Assembly: GCA_030698565.1 (NCBI GenBank)
Contig: JAUYJS010000005.1
Coordinates: forward strand, 154,497-218,496
DNA length: 64,000 bases
Direction of reading: 5' to 3'
Source: Candidatus Shapirobacteria bacterium
Lineage (GTDB): Bacteria > Patescibacteriota > Microgenomatia > UBA12405
The notes under the pieces are model-generated. The model had not been told where the DNA came from. It saw only the letters and a program-made list of their open reading frames with translations, and did not search any database. The position numbers were made by a program, and so were the translations under genes. This document shows positions 28,286 to 37,201 of this stretch, piece after piece; position 1 is the first letter of the stretch, and every line of letters begins with the position of its first letter.

Positions 28286-28633
28286 TTAACCTTTAATAGT
28301 TTTAAATATAGCTGATTTTTCTTCTTTTGACAAAGAAATGTTTTGACCTTCACCGTTTTTGATCGGTTTGGCATAGAGCCGGGTATTGTCTCTGTTGTGC
28401 AAAGATGTGACCACTACCCCGGAATTGTTTTGATCTAATAAACATAAAACAAAGCTTTGGTCGCCACCAAGATCGTCAAAGGGATTGAATCTGTTTAAAT
28501 TTATTTTAACACTGGCGGGGATATTGTTTATTGCCACTTTATTTTTGTAGCTATTTTTTTTATAAACTATATAAGTCAAATAGCTTAATCCAAGTAAATT
28601 ACAAATTGATACAAAGAGTAAAACGAAAATCAT
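28286..28633 (-). CDS. DUF4446 family protein
   Basis: N-term TM; RFNPFDDLGGDQSF...LLD...G, YAKPI, LS.EE. Confidence 0.85.
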   Translation of the reverse strand: MIFVLLFVSICNLLGLSYLTYIVYKKNSYKNKVAINNIPASVKINLNRFNPFDDLGGDQSFVLCLLDQNNSGVVVTSLHNRDNTRLYAKPIKNGEGQNISLSKEEKSAIFKTIKG

Positions 28634-28678
28634 TACTCAACAATTGTATCAAAATATTGTGCTATACTGGCGATAGAA

Positions 28679-28786
28679 ATGAAGGGAAATGAATTTATAA
28701 AAAGGGATTTATTGAAAAGTTTCACACTTAGCTTGTTGTCGATTTTAGCCATTATTGTTATATATTATTTTAAGAAGAGTCGTTAA
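28679..28786 (+). CDS. 35-aa single-TM small protein (not in ORF track)
   Basis: MKGNEFIKRDLLKSFTLSLLSILAIIVIYYFKKSR; extended -10 TGcTATACT upstream. Confidence 0.5.
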   Translation: MKGNEFIKRDLLKSFTLSLLSILAIIVIYYFKKSR

Positions 28787-28815
28787 ACATTATTATTTTA
28801 AGGAGGTGAATATAG

Positions 28816-28992
28816 ATGGCAACTATTAAATTTTATTCCGTAAAATCGAGAAAGTCAGTTGAAGTAGACGTAGGCAATGTTCAAAAAGTTATGCTAAAGA
28901 ACGGTAGACCAGCTGCTAAAACAGTTGATCCAGAAACAGGTACAAATATGTTTAAGATTCTGTCTGCTGCTGATGCTGCTTTGCTTAAATAA
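28816..28992 (+). CDS. 58-aa DUF5679-like small basic protein, Cys-less variant (not in ORF track)
   Basis: Strong SD AGGAGGTG; MATIKFYSVKSRK...MLKNGRPAAKTVDPETGTNMFKIL. Confidence 0.8.
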   Translation: MATIKFYSVKSRKSVEVDVGNVQKVMLKNGRPAAKTVDPETGTNMFKILSAADAALLK

Positions 28993-29012
28993 ATATTGTA
29001 AAATACAATTAA

Positions 29013-29289
29013 CTCAAAGAAATCGAAGGATCTAACTCCGATTTATCGGGGAGGAAAGTCCGGACCGCAAAAAGCACAGAATTCTGCAGAGCAGAACAAG
29101 ATGTAAGTTTTGGGCAATGCTACAGTGACGAATAGTCCCGATACCTAAAAGGGTCGGGGTGAAGTGAAACGAGCATCCTTCTGGCGGAAATCTCAAGTAG
29201 GGGCGTTTGTATCTAGCTTTTGAGAGCCTCAGGTAGAGAGAATAGATTGATGGTCCTTAAACAGAATCCGGCTTATCGATTTCTTTGGG
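29013..29289 (+). ncRNA. rnpB: RNase P RNA (compact, ~277 nt)
   Basis: GAGGAAAGTCC and ACAGAATCCGGCTTA universal motifs; P1 CTCAAAGAAATCGA/TCGATTTCTTTGGG. Confidence 0.95.
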
Positions 29290-29300
29290 TTTTTGTTTTG

Positions 29301-30281
29301 TTATTTTTCTGATTTATCAGTAAGAACCGTAAATATTGTTTCAATGGTAATATAAATTGGTATTGCTAAAATTGCACCAACTATTCCGCCAAGCTTGGCT
29401 CCAGTTATAAGTAAAAATATTGTAATCAAGGGACTTATTCCAACTGTTTCTTTCATAACCTTCGGTACAATAATGTGGTTTTCTAATTGCTGAATTAAAA
29501 CTCCCCAACCAACAGCCAAAAGTGCTGTTATTGGTGAAATTGTTAAGCCAACAAGAGCAGCAAGGGCAGTAGCAATAATTGGTCCCACATTTGGAACAAC
29601 TTCAAGTAACCCAGCAATTATGGCTAATGGAACGGCATACTTTAATCCTAAAAGTGAAAAACCAATATAAGACAAAACGCCAATTGTGGTCATAAGAATA
29701 ATTTCAGCATGCACCCAATATCCTAATTTCTTTTCGAGAAGATTGAATATCTTTCTTATTTGAGCATCAACTTTGCTGCTTAGAAAACTAAAACCGTATT
29801 TATTTAAATTTTTCCTTTCCAAAAGCATGTAGAAAGTAACTACAAATATTATTAGAGTGGAAACGACGTCGGCTACAACTGAAAAGGCGGTCCTGGCTAT
29901 ATCACCAGGCAAGGTTTCTAATATTTTAAATTGAGAAGAAATGTCTGAGGCGGAAGCACCAAAAAAACTAGTGTTGGCTAGGTCTTGGGGCAAGGTATTA
30001 ATTAAACCAGTGGTTTGTTCTATTAATAATGGGATTATTCCGGCAAAAGCAAAAGAAATAATAGAAAGAATCGTGATGTAAATTAAAACTATTGACAAGG
30101 GCCTAGGCAGTTTATATTTTTCTAGTCGAGTAACTAACGGATTTAAGGCTTCCATGAAAATAAAACAAATGAAAAACAAAACTAAAATTTCTTTTAAAAA
30201 CCAAACTAAAAATATACCTAATATAAGCATGACTGTAAATATTATGGTTCTGTAGGATATTTCAACCCGTTGTGATTTCAT
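29301..30281 (-). CDS. AI-2E (PerM) family transporter
   Basis: Multi-TM; LNPLV..LE, VPNVGP, QQLENH.IVP..M, GAILAIP. Confidence 0.92.
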   Translation of the reverse strand: MKSQRVEISYRTIIFTVMLILGIFLVWFLKEILVLFFICFIFMEALNPLVTRLEKYKLPRPLSIVLIYITILSIISFAFAGIIPLLIEQTTGLINTLPQDLANTSFFGASASDISSQFKILETLPGDIARTAFSVVADVVSTLIIFVVTFYMLLERKNLNKYGFSFLSSKVDAQIRKIFNLLEKKLGYWVHAEIILMTTIGVLSYIGFSLLGLKYAVPLAIIAGLLEVVPNVGPIIATALAALVGLTISPITALLAVGWGVLIQQLENHIIVPKVMKETVGISPLITIFLLITGAKLGGIVGAILAIPIYITIETIFTVLTDKSEK

Positions 30282-31225
30282 TCTGTATTGTACCATTTCG
30301 TGATTGTATATAAAATATTTTTATAACAACCAGTTGAGGTTATATTAAAAATATGAATATTGGGTTGGTTTTTGAACCAGGTTTTTTGACGCCTAGCTAG
30401 AGCATGCTCGTTATATTTCCATTGTTGAACGCATTGATTCAATATTAAGTCCTCGTTTATTGGTTTATTGTTTTTGAGACGCACGCGGTGCGTCTCTACA
30501 AATAATGTTTTAAATTCTTTGTAGGCCAATGTGTTTAATCCAGGATCAGACCATTTATATTTTTTTAATAATTTTTCAATTTCTTTTATTAAACCGTCTT
30601 TTATCCTGTTTTCTACCCGTTTATCAATTTGTTGATAAAGATAGGGATTGGGAGCGGTGAGGGAGATATGAAGAGGATTTATTTTTATTTTGGTTGTAGA
30701 ACGGACACGAAGGTCCGTTCGTACATGTAATTTTATTTCGATTTTGCGAATGAGACGATGGGGGTTGTGTTTTTCGGAATTATTTAAACCATCAAAAGCT
30801 TTTTTATCTAAAATTGAATAAATTTTTTGGAGCCACTTTGTTGAAAGACGATTTAAAAAGAATCTTAGTATCGGCATGGGCTTAATATGATAGGTTTGGT
30901 TTTGGGAATCGATTAGTGAATTAATATATAGGCCCGTACCTCCAACCACGATTGGCAATTTTCCTTTTTTATAAATTTCTTCAATTATACTTTTGGCTAA
31001 TTTTTGATATTCGACTACTGAAAATGTTTGATTGGGATTTATGACATCAATAAGATGAATTGGGATATTTTTGGGATGATCCTTGCCTGTACCAATATCC
31101 ATTCCTTTATATATTTGCCTTGAGTCGGCAGAGATTAGTTCGCCGTTAAATTTTTTGGCCAAAGCGATGGCTAATTTAGTTTTGCCAGTTGAGGTTGGGC
31201 CAGAAATTATTAAAAGTTTGTTCAT
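30278..31225 (-). CDS. miaA: tRNA dimethylallyltransferase
   Basis: GPTSTGKT, SADSRQIYKGMDIGTGK, VGGTGLY, ARRQKTWF. Confidence 0.96.
   Translation of the reverse strand: MNKLLIISGPTSTGKTKLAIALAKKFNGELISADSRQIYKGMDIGTGKDHPKNIPIHLIDVINPNQTFSVVEYQKLAKSIIEEIYKKGKLPIVVGGTGLYINSLIDSQNQTYHIKPMPILRFFLNRLSTKWLQKIYSILDKKAFDGLNNSEKHNPHRLIRKIEIKLHVRTDLRVRSTTKIKINPLHISLTAPNPYLYQQIDKRVENRIKDGLIKEIEKLLKKYKWSDPGLNTLAYKEFKTLFVETHRVRLKNNKPINEDLILNQCVQQWKYNEHALARRQKTWFKNQPNIHIFNITSTGCYKNILYTITKWYNTE
30476..30499 (-). repeat. GTAG-type REP-like palindrome inside miaA
   Basis: Minus strand GTAGAGACGCAC-cgc-GTGCGTCTC, perfect 9-bp stem. Confidence 0.65.
30696..30724 (+). repeat. GTAG-type REP-like palindrome inside miaA
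   Basis: GTAGAACGGAC-acgaag-GTCCGTTCGTAC, perfect 8-bp stem. Confidence 0.65.
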
Positions 31226-31266
31226 ATTAATAATGTATTTTATCTAAGTTCATGGTAAAAATTGTT

Positions 31267-32001
31267 ATGTATTTAGATGTAAATAAAATTAAGGATATCT
31301 TGCTGGAAAAAGAACATTTTAGAATTGTTTTTTTAGGAGATTCGATTACTTCGGCTGAATGGGTTCATCCGAATTGGCGTGAGATAGTAGAATATGTTTT
31401 AAAAGATGAGCTTGAAAATATAATTCCAGATTGGAAAATACCGTCTTGGAAAATAAGAGGGATCAATTGCGGATTTGATGGGTCGACCAGCCTGGATCAC
31501 TTGGAAAGATTGGAATCTGAGGTTTTGAATTATAAACCTGATTTAATAATAAGCTTGTTTGGCGGTAATGATTTGTATTTTGGAATTTCTCCCAAAGAGC
31601 ATAAAGAAAATATAATTAAATTGATAAATAAAATTAAAACAGAGGTCCCCTATTTAATTTTCTGCTCCTCAATTGCATGTGGAAAAAACGAAACAGTAAA
31701 AAATAAAGAATATCCTAAATATGTTGATGAATTAAAAAATATTTTTCCAGTTAATGATGTTTTGTATATAGATATGTATGAAAAATACGCCAAATTTGAT
31801 TTGAATAAATTTTATACTTTTGTTTCTGAAGGCAACGAGGTGGTTGGTATAAAACCAGGAGATATTGATTTTTTACATCCGAATCAATTAGGAAACGCAT
31901 ATATAGCAAAGATAATTTTGAAAGATGGTTTTGGAATTGAATTTGACCCGGAAAAATATATTCGAGAGACAGTGGAAGGAAAAATGTTTCCGGGGTATTG
32001 A
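31267..32001 (+). CDS. SGNH/GDSL hydrolase
   Basis: FLGDSIT, G.DG, GGND, DFLHPN. Confidence 0.9.
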   Translation: MYLDVNKIKDILLEKEHFRIVFLGDSITSAEWVHPNWREIVEYVLKDELENIIPDWKIPSWKIRGINCGFDGSTSLDHLERLESEVLNYKPDLIISLFGGNDLYFGISPKEHKENIIKLINKIKTEVPYLIFCSSIACGKNETVKNKEYPKYVDELKNIFPVNDVLYIDMYEKYAKFDLNKFYTFVSEGNEVVGIKPGDIDFLHPNQLGNAYIAKIILKDGFGIEFDPEKYIRETVEGKMFPGY

Positions 32002-33075
32002 TTAAACGTTAAAACGGAATTCGACGATATCGTCGGGATGCATGACGTATTCTTTGCCTTCGTGGCGCAATTTACCGGCGGTTTTGGCGCCTTCCCAGCC
32101 ATTGTATTGTATAAAATCATTATAATAGACAATTTCGGCCATGATAAATCCCCTTTCAAAATCCGTATGAATTACACCAGCAGCTTGCGGTGCAGTGTCT
32201 CCTTGATGAATTGTCCACGCCCTGGCTTCTGTAACTCCAGCGGTGTAATAAGATTGGAGTCCTAGGGTGTCATAGGCTTTTTGAATCACCCTTTCTAAGC
32301 CAGATTTTCTTACACCCAATTCTTTTAGATAGGCTAGTCTTTCTTCTGGACTTAATTCTGATAAATCAAATTCTATTTTGGCACAAACAGGCACAACTTT
32401 TTCAAAATTTTCTATTTTTAATTTCCAATTTTCAATATTGGAATAAGTGTTTTCATCAACATTGGCAACAATAAAATAAGGCTTATTGGTCAATAAAAAT
32501 AAATCTTTAATTAATCCTTTCTCTTCATCATTCAGTTGAATATTGATAGCCAAGATTCCTTTTTCCATTTCAGCTTTTAATTTTTGAGTGGCAATAAATT
32601 TTTTATTTTTATTTTCTTTGGGATTATTTTTATTGGCACTTAAATATCTATCTACTGTTTCCAAATCTTTAATTATTAGCTCAGCACAAATTACTTCAAA
32701 ATCGCCTTGAGGATCTACTGAACCTTCTTTGATAATATTTTCGTCAGAAAAGGATCGGACCACATGACAAATAGCATCACAATCACGAATGTTGGTTAGA
32801 AATTTATTTCCCAACCCTTCTCCTTGGGCTGCACCTTTGACTAATCCGGCAATATCAACAAATTCTACGATTGCTGGAACGACTTTTTTGGTCTTTACAA
32901 TATCGGCTAAAATAGGTAATTTTTCATCAGGTACTTCGACTACGCCGACGTTTGGATCGATTGTACAAAAAGGGTAATTACTAGCATCGGCAACGCGTTT
33001 GCCCAGTAACGCATTAAATAAGGTTGATTTACCTACGTTGGGAAGACCGACAATTGCGATACTTAATTTAGACAT
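32002..33075 (-). CDS. ychF: ribosome-binding ATPase YchF
   Basis: [48 protein letters not shown]. Confidence 0.97.
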   Translation of the reverse strand: MSKLSIAIVGLPNVGKSTLFNALLGKRVADASNYPFCTIDPNVGVVEVPDEKLPILADIVKTKKVVPAIVEFVDIAGLVKGAAQGEGLGNKFLTNIRDCDAICHVVRSFSDENIIKEGSVDPQGDFEVICAELIIKDLETVDRYLSANKNNPKENKNKKFIATQKLKAEMEKGILAINIQLNDEEKGLIKDLFLLTNKPYFIVANVDENTYSNIENWKLKIENFEKVVPVCAKIEFDLSELSPEERLAYLKELGVRKSGLERVIQKAYDTLGLQSYYTAGVTEARAWTIHQGDTAPQAAGVIHTDFERGFIMAEIVYYNDFIQYNGWEGAKTAGKLRHEGKEYVMHPDDIVEFRFNV

Positions 33076-33121
33076 GAGGTATTTTACCAACAAATGCCTG
33101 TTTGTGCCGGACTATTTAAAC

Positions 33122-33147
33122 AGAAACCCGGCCGAAGCCGGGTTTCT
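33122..33147 (-). terminator. intrinsic terminator after HU gene
   Basis: AGAAACCCGGC-cgaa-GCCGGGTTTCT (UUCG loop on minus strand). Confidence 0.85.
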
Positions 33148-33167
33148 TTAAAAAATATCAAATAAAA

Positions 33168-33440
33168 TTATTTGACCATTTTTTTGATTTTAGTTCCTGG
33201 AATGTATCTTGGCATTCTTCGGGCGACAATCTTTTTGGATTCTTTAGAACCAATAGCTTTAATAGTTTTGGCTTTGAACATTTTGGTTTTGAAAGTTCCA
33301 AAACCGGAAAGCTTTACTGTTTCACCATTTGAAAGAGCTTTCATAATTTCATTTAGGAAAGTCTCAACTGCTTGCTTAGAAGCTTTTTTACTTAGTTTGG
33401 CTTTTTGAGAAACAACTTCAATAAGATCTTTTTTAGTCAT
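33168..33440 (-). CDS. hup: HU/IHF family DNA-binding protein
   Basis: MTKKDLIEV, GETVKLSGFGTF; start corrected to 33440. Confidence 0.92.
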   Translation of the reverse strand: MTKKDLIEVVSQKAKLSKKASKQAVETFLNEIMKALSNGETVKLSGFGTFKTKMFKAKTIKAIGSKESKKIVARRMPRYIPGTKIKKMVK

Positions 33441-33500
33441 TGTTTTTTTTAAATATATAATTAATATTAATTCTATCGGAATATCGGCAAAATGCAAGTA

Positions 33501-35075
33501 TTATGCGTTATTTTTTACCGCATTTTTATTGAGTTTACTGCCAACAACGACACTACTAGTTCTCAATTCTCTAATAACAGTAACTTTAATTTGCCCTGCC
33601 CACTTGGCCTCTTCTTCTAATTTTTCGGCAATATTTTGACTAAGAACTTCGGCCTCAGAATCGGACACTTGACTGGGTTCGACTATGACAACAACTTCTC
33701 GCCCGGCCTGATATGCCGCAACACTGATAACACCCGGAAAACCTTTGGCGACTTCCTCAATGTTTTTCATTCTTTTTAAATATTCCTCGTGGACTTCGTA
33801 TCTGGCTCCTGGACGAGCACCCGAGGCAGCATCACCGATATAGACGATTATAGATTCGACTGAGGAAAATTCTTTATCTTCATGATGTTCGGCGACACAA
33901 TTTATTACCGACTCCGGTATTTTATATTTTCTTAATAGGTCGACGCCTAGGTCTACATGAGTACCCTCTTGGTCGGTTACGACCTTGCCTATGTCGTGAA
34001 GTAACGCGCCCATTCGGACCACATTGACATCAGCCTTTAACTCATAAGCAATTGCCGTTGCAATTTTAGTAGCTTCAATAGAATGCTTAGCTAAATTTTG
34101 ACCATACGAATATCTGAATTTATATTTACCTATTTCCCTAATGAGATCTAATGGTAAATTAAATACACCAACTTCCTGGCAAATTCTTTTACCTTCATTA
34201 ATTAAGATCTTTTCCATTTCTGTTTTTGTTTGAGCAACGATCTGCTCAATTTTAACTGGTTGGATTCGACCATCTTTAATTAATTTTTCTAAAGAGATTT
34301 TGGCAATTTCTCTTCTAGTTGAATCAAAAGAAGAAATTCGGATATCATTGGTTTCGTCTAATTCTAATTCGACACCAGTAACTTTTTCGAAGGCTCTGAT
34401 GTTTCGACCTTCACGTCCAATAATTTTTCCCTTAATGGTTTCGTCTGGTAAGCTAATAGTGGAAACAGTATATTCGGCCACATAGTCAGTAACTCCGTGA
34501 CGGATATTGTCTACTAATATTTCTTTGGCTAATTCTTCACTTTTTTGTCTAATTTCTTCCTTAGCTTCTTCAATTTTTTTGGCAACCCAATTAACCATCT
34601 TCTTTTCCGTACTACTAATTATGAGCTGCTTGGCCCTTTCAAGATCTAAGCCAGAAATATTTTCCAGTTTTTCTAATTGTTTTCTGTATAAGTCATCGAC
34701 ACTAGTCAATTTAGTTCTAATTTCTGAACTTTGACTATCAAGAGCTTTTTCTTTTTGGAAAAAATATTTTTCCTTTTCATCCAAAGTAGCTAGTCTTTGA
34801 AAAATTTCTTGTTCTTTTACTTTTGCTGCTGCTTCAATTCTTTTGGCATTATCTAATGCAACTTTGGCAGCAAAACTAACCTCTGGAGCTGAAACTGTGA
34901 CTGGTGTCGGGGTAACTGGTTCCTGAGTTTTTTCTTTTGGAGAAAAAACTACCCTGTTTTTTACCGGAACTGTTTTTTTGTCGTCTTGAACTTTAATAAC
35001 CGGAGCAGAAATAGAAGTGGACTTATTGGGTGTACCAAACAACCCTTTAACTTTAGATAAAAATGATTCGAGCAT
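33501..35075 (-). CDS. rny: ribonuclease Y
   Basis: KH motif KGKIIGREGRNIR, SYGQN, LLHDIGK, SGARPGAR, QAGRE; SD GGAGG before the ATG at 35075. Confidence 0.95.
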   Translation of the reverse strand: MLESFLSKVKGLFGTPNKSTSISAPVIKVQDDKKTVPVKNRVVFSPKEKTQEPVTPTPVTVSAPEVSFAAKVALDNAKRIEAAAKVKEQEIFQRLATLDEKEKYFFQKEKALDSQSSEIRTKLTSVDDLYRKQLEKLENISGLDLERAKQLIISSTEKKMVNWVAKKIEEAKEEIRQKSEELAKEILVDNIRHGVTDYVAEYTVSTISLPDETIKGKIIGREGRNIRAFEKVTGVELELDETNDIRISSFDSTRREIAKISLEKLIKDGRIQPVKIEQIVAQTKTEMEKILINEGKRICQEVGVFNLPLDLIREIGKYKFRYSYGQNLAKHSIEATKIATAIAYELKADVNVVRMGALLHDIGKVVTDQEGTHVDLGVDLLRKYKIPESVINCVAEHHEDKEFSSVESIIVYIGDAASGARPGARYEVHEEYLKRMKNIEEVAKGFPGVISVAAYQAGREVVVIVEPSQVSDSEAEVLSQNIAEKLEEEAKWAGQIKVTVIRELRTSSVVVGSKLNKNAVKNNA

Positions 35076-35237
35076 ATTGCCTCCATAATTACTTTGAATC
35101 CCAAAAATCCGCAACCGTACTTACTCTTTGATCAATTTAAAGTTAAAAGTATGATTAAATATTTTTAACATTGTTGGCTGTTTAGGATAAAAAGTAAAAA
35201 ATAACTAATAAAATTTAAAAAATAAGATTCTATTATT

Positions 35238-35888
35238 TTACCTGGAATTTATTAAATCGTCAATCGTAAATTTTACGTTATCATAGGAAAAACCTTTACG
35301 AATTAGGTAGGCGGTTACTTTTTTTCTGTTGTTAAAGTCTATTAAATCACTAGAATTATGTATTTTTTTGATAATTAAATTTTTTATTTTGTCCTTATCT
35401 CCTTCGTTATTTAATTTTTCTGGGGGAATTATACTTGTGTCTATTCCGTTCTTTTTTAATAAAAATATTATTTCTTGACGCGATTTTCGACTATTTTTCT
35501 TTATAAAAAAGTTAATATACTCCTCGTCATTTATGAGTCCTTTTTCTTTTAGTTTTAAAATATTGCTTTCGATTAACTCTCTTTTTTCCGACTCAGATAA
35601 GGCCAATTGATATTTTTTCGTCAATCTTCTAAGATATAAACTTAATTTAAAAGTTAAAATCCTGGTGGTTTTTGGAGAAATAGCTATTTGCCTCAGGGAA
35701 TAATCTTTTAGAAGATAAGTTAAAGCAATATTTACTATTTTTTTGAATATTAATTCATCTAGATCCATCCCTGAATGGAGAGAATGAATCACCACATCAT
35801 CGATAAAGAACGGCAAGTACTTACCATCAGAAAAACGAAGGTATACCCTGTTGGGAATTCGGCTAGCCTTGATTGATTCAAGATTCAT
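35238..35888 (-). CDS. recX: RecX family regulator
   Basis: Downstream of recA; GLINDEEY, YLIRKGFSY. Confidence 0.8.
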   Translation of the reverse strand: MNLESIKASRIPNRVYLRFSDGKYLPFFIDDVVIHSLHSGMDLDELIFKKIVNIALTYLLKDYSLRQIAISPKTTRILTFKLSLYLRRLTKKYQLALSESEKRELIESNILKLKEKGLINDEEYINFFIKKNSRKSRQEIIFLLKKNGIDTSIIPPEKLNNEGDKDKIKNLIIKKIHNSSDLIDFNNRKKVTAYLIRKGFSYDNVKFTIDDLINSR

Positions 35889-35897
35889 TTTTTAAAT

Positions 35898-36950
35898 TTA
35901 TTCTTTTGCTTCTTCAACTGATGCTGGAGTGGTATTTTTGGAAACTTCCCAAATCTTGGTTTTTAAATCTTTAGCGATTTCTGGATGTTCTTTGAGATAT
36001 TTTTTGGCAGCTTCCCGACCTTGAACATTTTGATCGCCAATTTTGTAAAAAGCTCCAGCCTTGGTAATTAAATTAAATTGCGTCGCAATGTCAACTAAAC
36101 CACCAAAGATAGATATACCTTCGGTGTTTAATATATCAAACTCGGCTTCTTTAAAAGGAGGTGCCACTTTGTTCTTAATAATACGAGCACGATGCTGAGA
36201 GCCAATGGATTCACCTGATGGAGTTTTTATGTTGGCAATTTTTCGTAAATCTATTCTGACAGAGGCATAAAATTTTAGAGCCAAACCACCGGGAGTGGTT
36301 TCGGGGTTACCGAACATGATACCGATCTTTTGTCTTATTTGATTGGTAAATATGACTACGGTTTTGGATTTGGAAATAGCTCCGGTAAGTTTTCTAAGAG
36401 CTTGTGACATAAGTCGAGCTTGAACACCCATCATTGAATCGCCCATCTCGCCTTCTATTTCGGCTTTTGGTACTAGTGCAGCAACTGAATCAATGACTAT
36501 GACATCAACGGCATTGGATCTGACCAATGTTTCTACTATTTCTAGGGCTTGTTCACCATTGTCTGGCTGAGAAATCAACATATTGTCTATGTCCACTCCT
36601 ACAGCAGCAGCTCGAGTTGGATCGAGAGCGTGCTCTACGTCTATAAATGCTGCAGTGCCTCCTAGTTTTTGAGCTTCAGCAATTAAATGTAAACAAACGG
36701 TGGTTTTTCCAGACGCTTCTGGTCCGAAAATTTCAGTGACACGACCTCGAGGTAAGCCGCCAATACCCAATGCCATATCTAAAGGAATACAACCTGTGGG
36801 AATGGCTTCTACTGACATGTCGGCTTTTCTTTCACCCATTTTCATAATGGCACCATCACCATAAGTTTTGGTAATTTGTTCCATGGCAATTCGGACCGCT
36901 TCGAGCTTGTTACCTTGAATATTTGTGACTGTTTTCTTTGTTTTTTTCAT
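35898..36950 (-). CDS. recA: recombinase RecA
   Basis: [41 protein letters not shown]. Confidence 0.98.
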   Translation of the reverse strand: MKKTKKTVTNIQGNKLEAVRIAMEQITKTYGDGAIMKMGERKADMSVEAIPTGCIPLDMALGIGGLPRGRVTEIFGPEASGKTTVCLHLIAEAQKLGGTAAFIDVEHALDPTRAAAVGVDIDNMLISQPDNGEQALEIVETLVRSNAVDVIVIDSVAALVPKAEIEGEMGDSMMGVQARLMSQALRKLTGAISKSKTVVIFTNQIRQKIGIMFGNPETTPGGLALKFYASVRIDLRKIANIKTPSGESIGSQHRARIIKNKVAPPFKEAEFDILNTEGISIFGGLVDIATQFNLITKAGAFYKIGDQNVQGREAAKKYLKEHPEIAKDLKTKIWEVSKNTTPASVEEAKE

Positions 36951-37127
36951 TGTGTAATTTTTGGTTAAATATTAATATATAGTATATTGATACCAATATG
37001 TTTTGGTCAAGTCAATAAGCAAAACCGAAGAAAAACCGAAACCTAAAATTCGTCATTATAATATAAATAATCGATGTTAAAATACTTAATACTTGATACT
37101 TTTTTACCCTAGACTCAAGTTGTAAAA

Positions 37128-37201
37128 CGGGGATTGGCGCAATTGGCTAGCGCGCACGTATGGGGTGCGTGAGGTTGCTGGTTCGAATCCAGTATCCCCG
37201 A
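37128..37201 (+). tRNA. tRNA-Pro(GGG), CCA not encoded
   Basis: CGGGGAT/ATCCCCG acceptor stem, anticodon loop ATGGGGT, T-arm GCTGGTTCGAATCCAGT. Confidence 0.95.
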
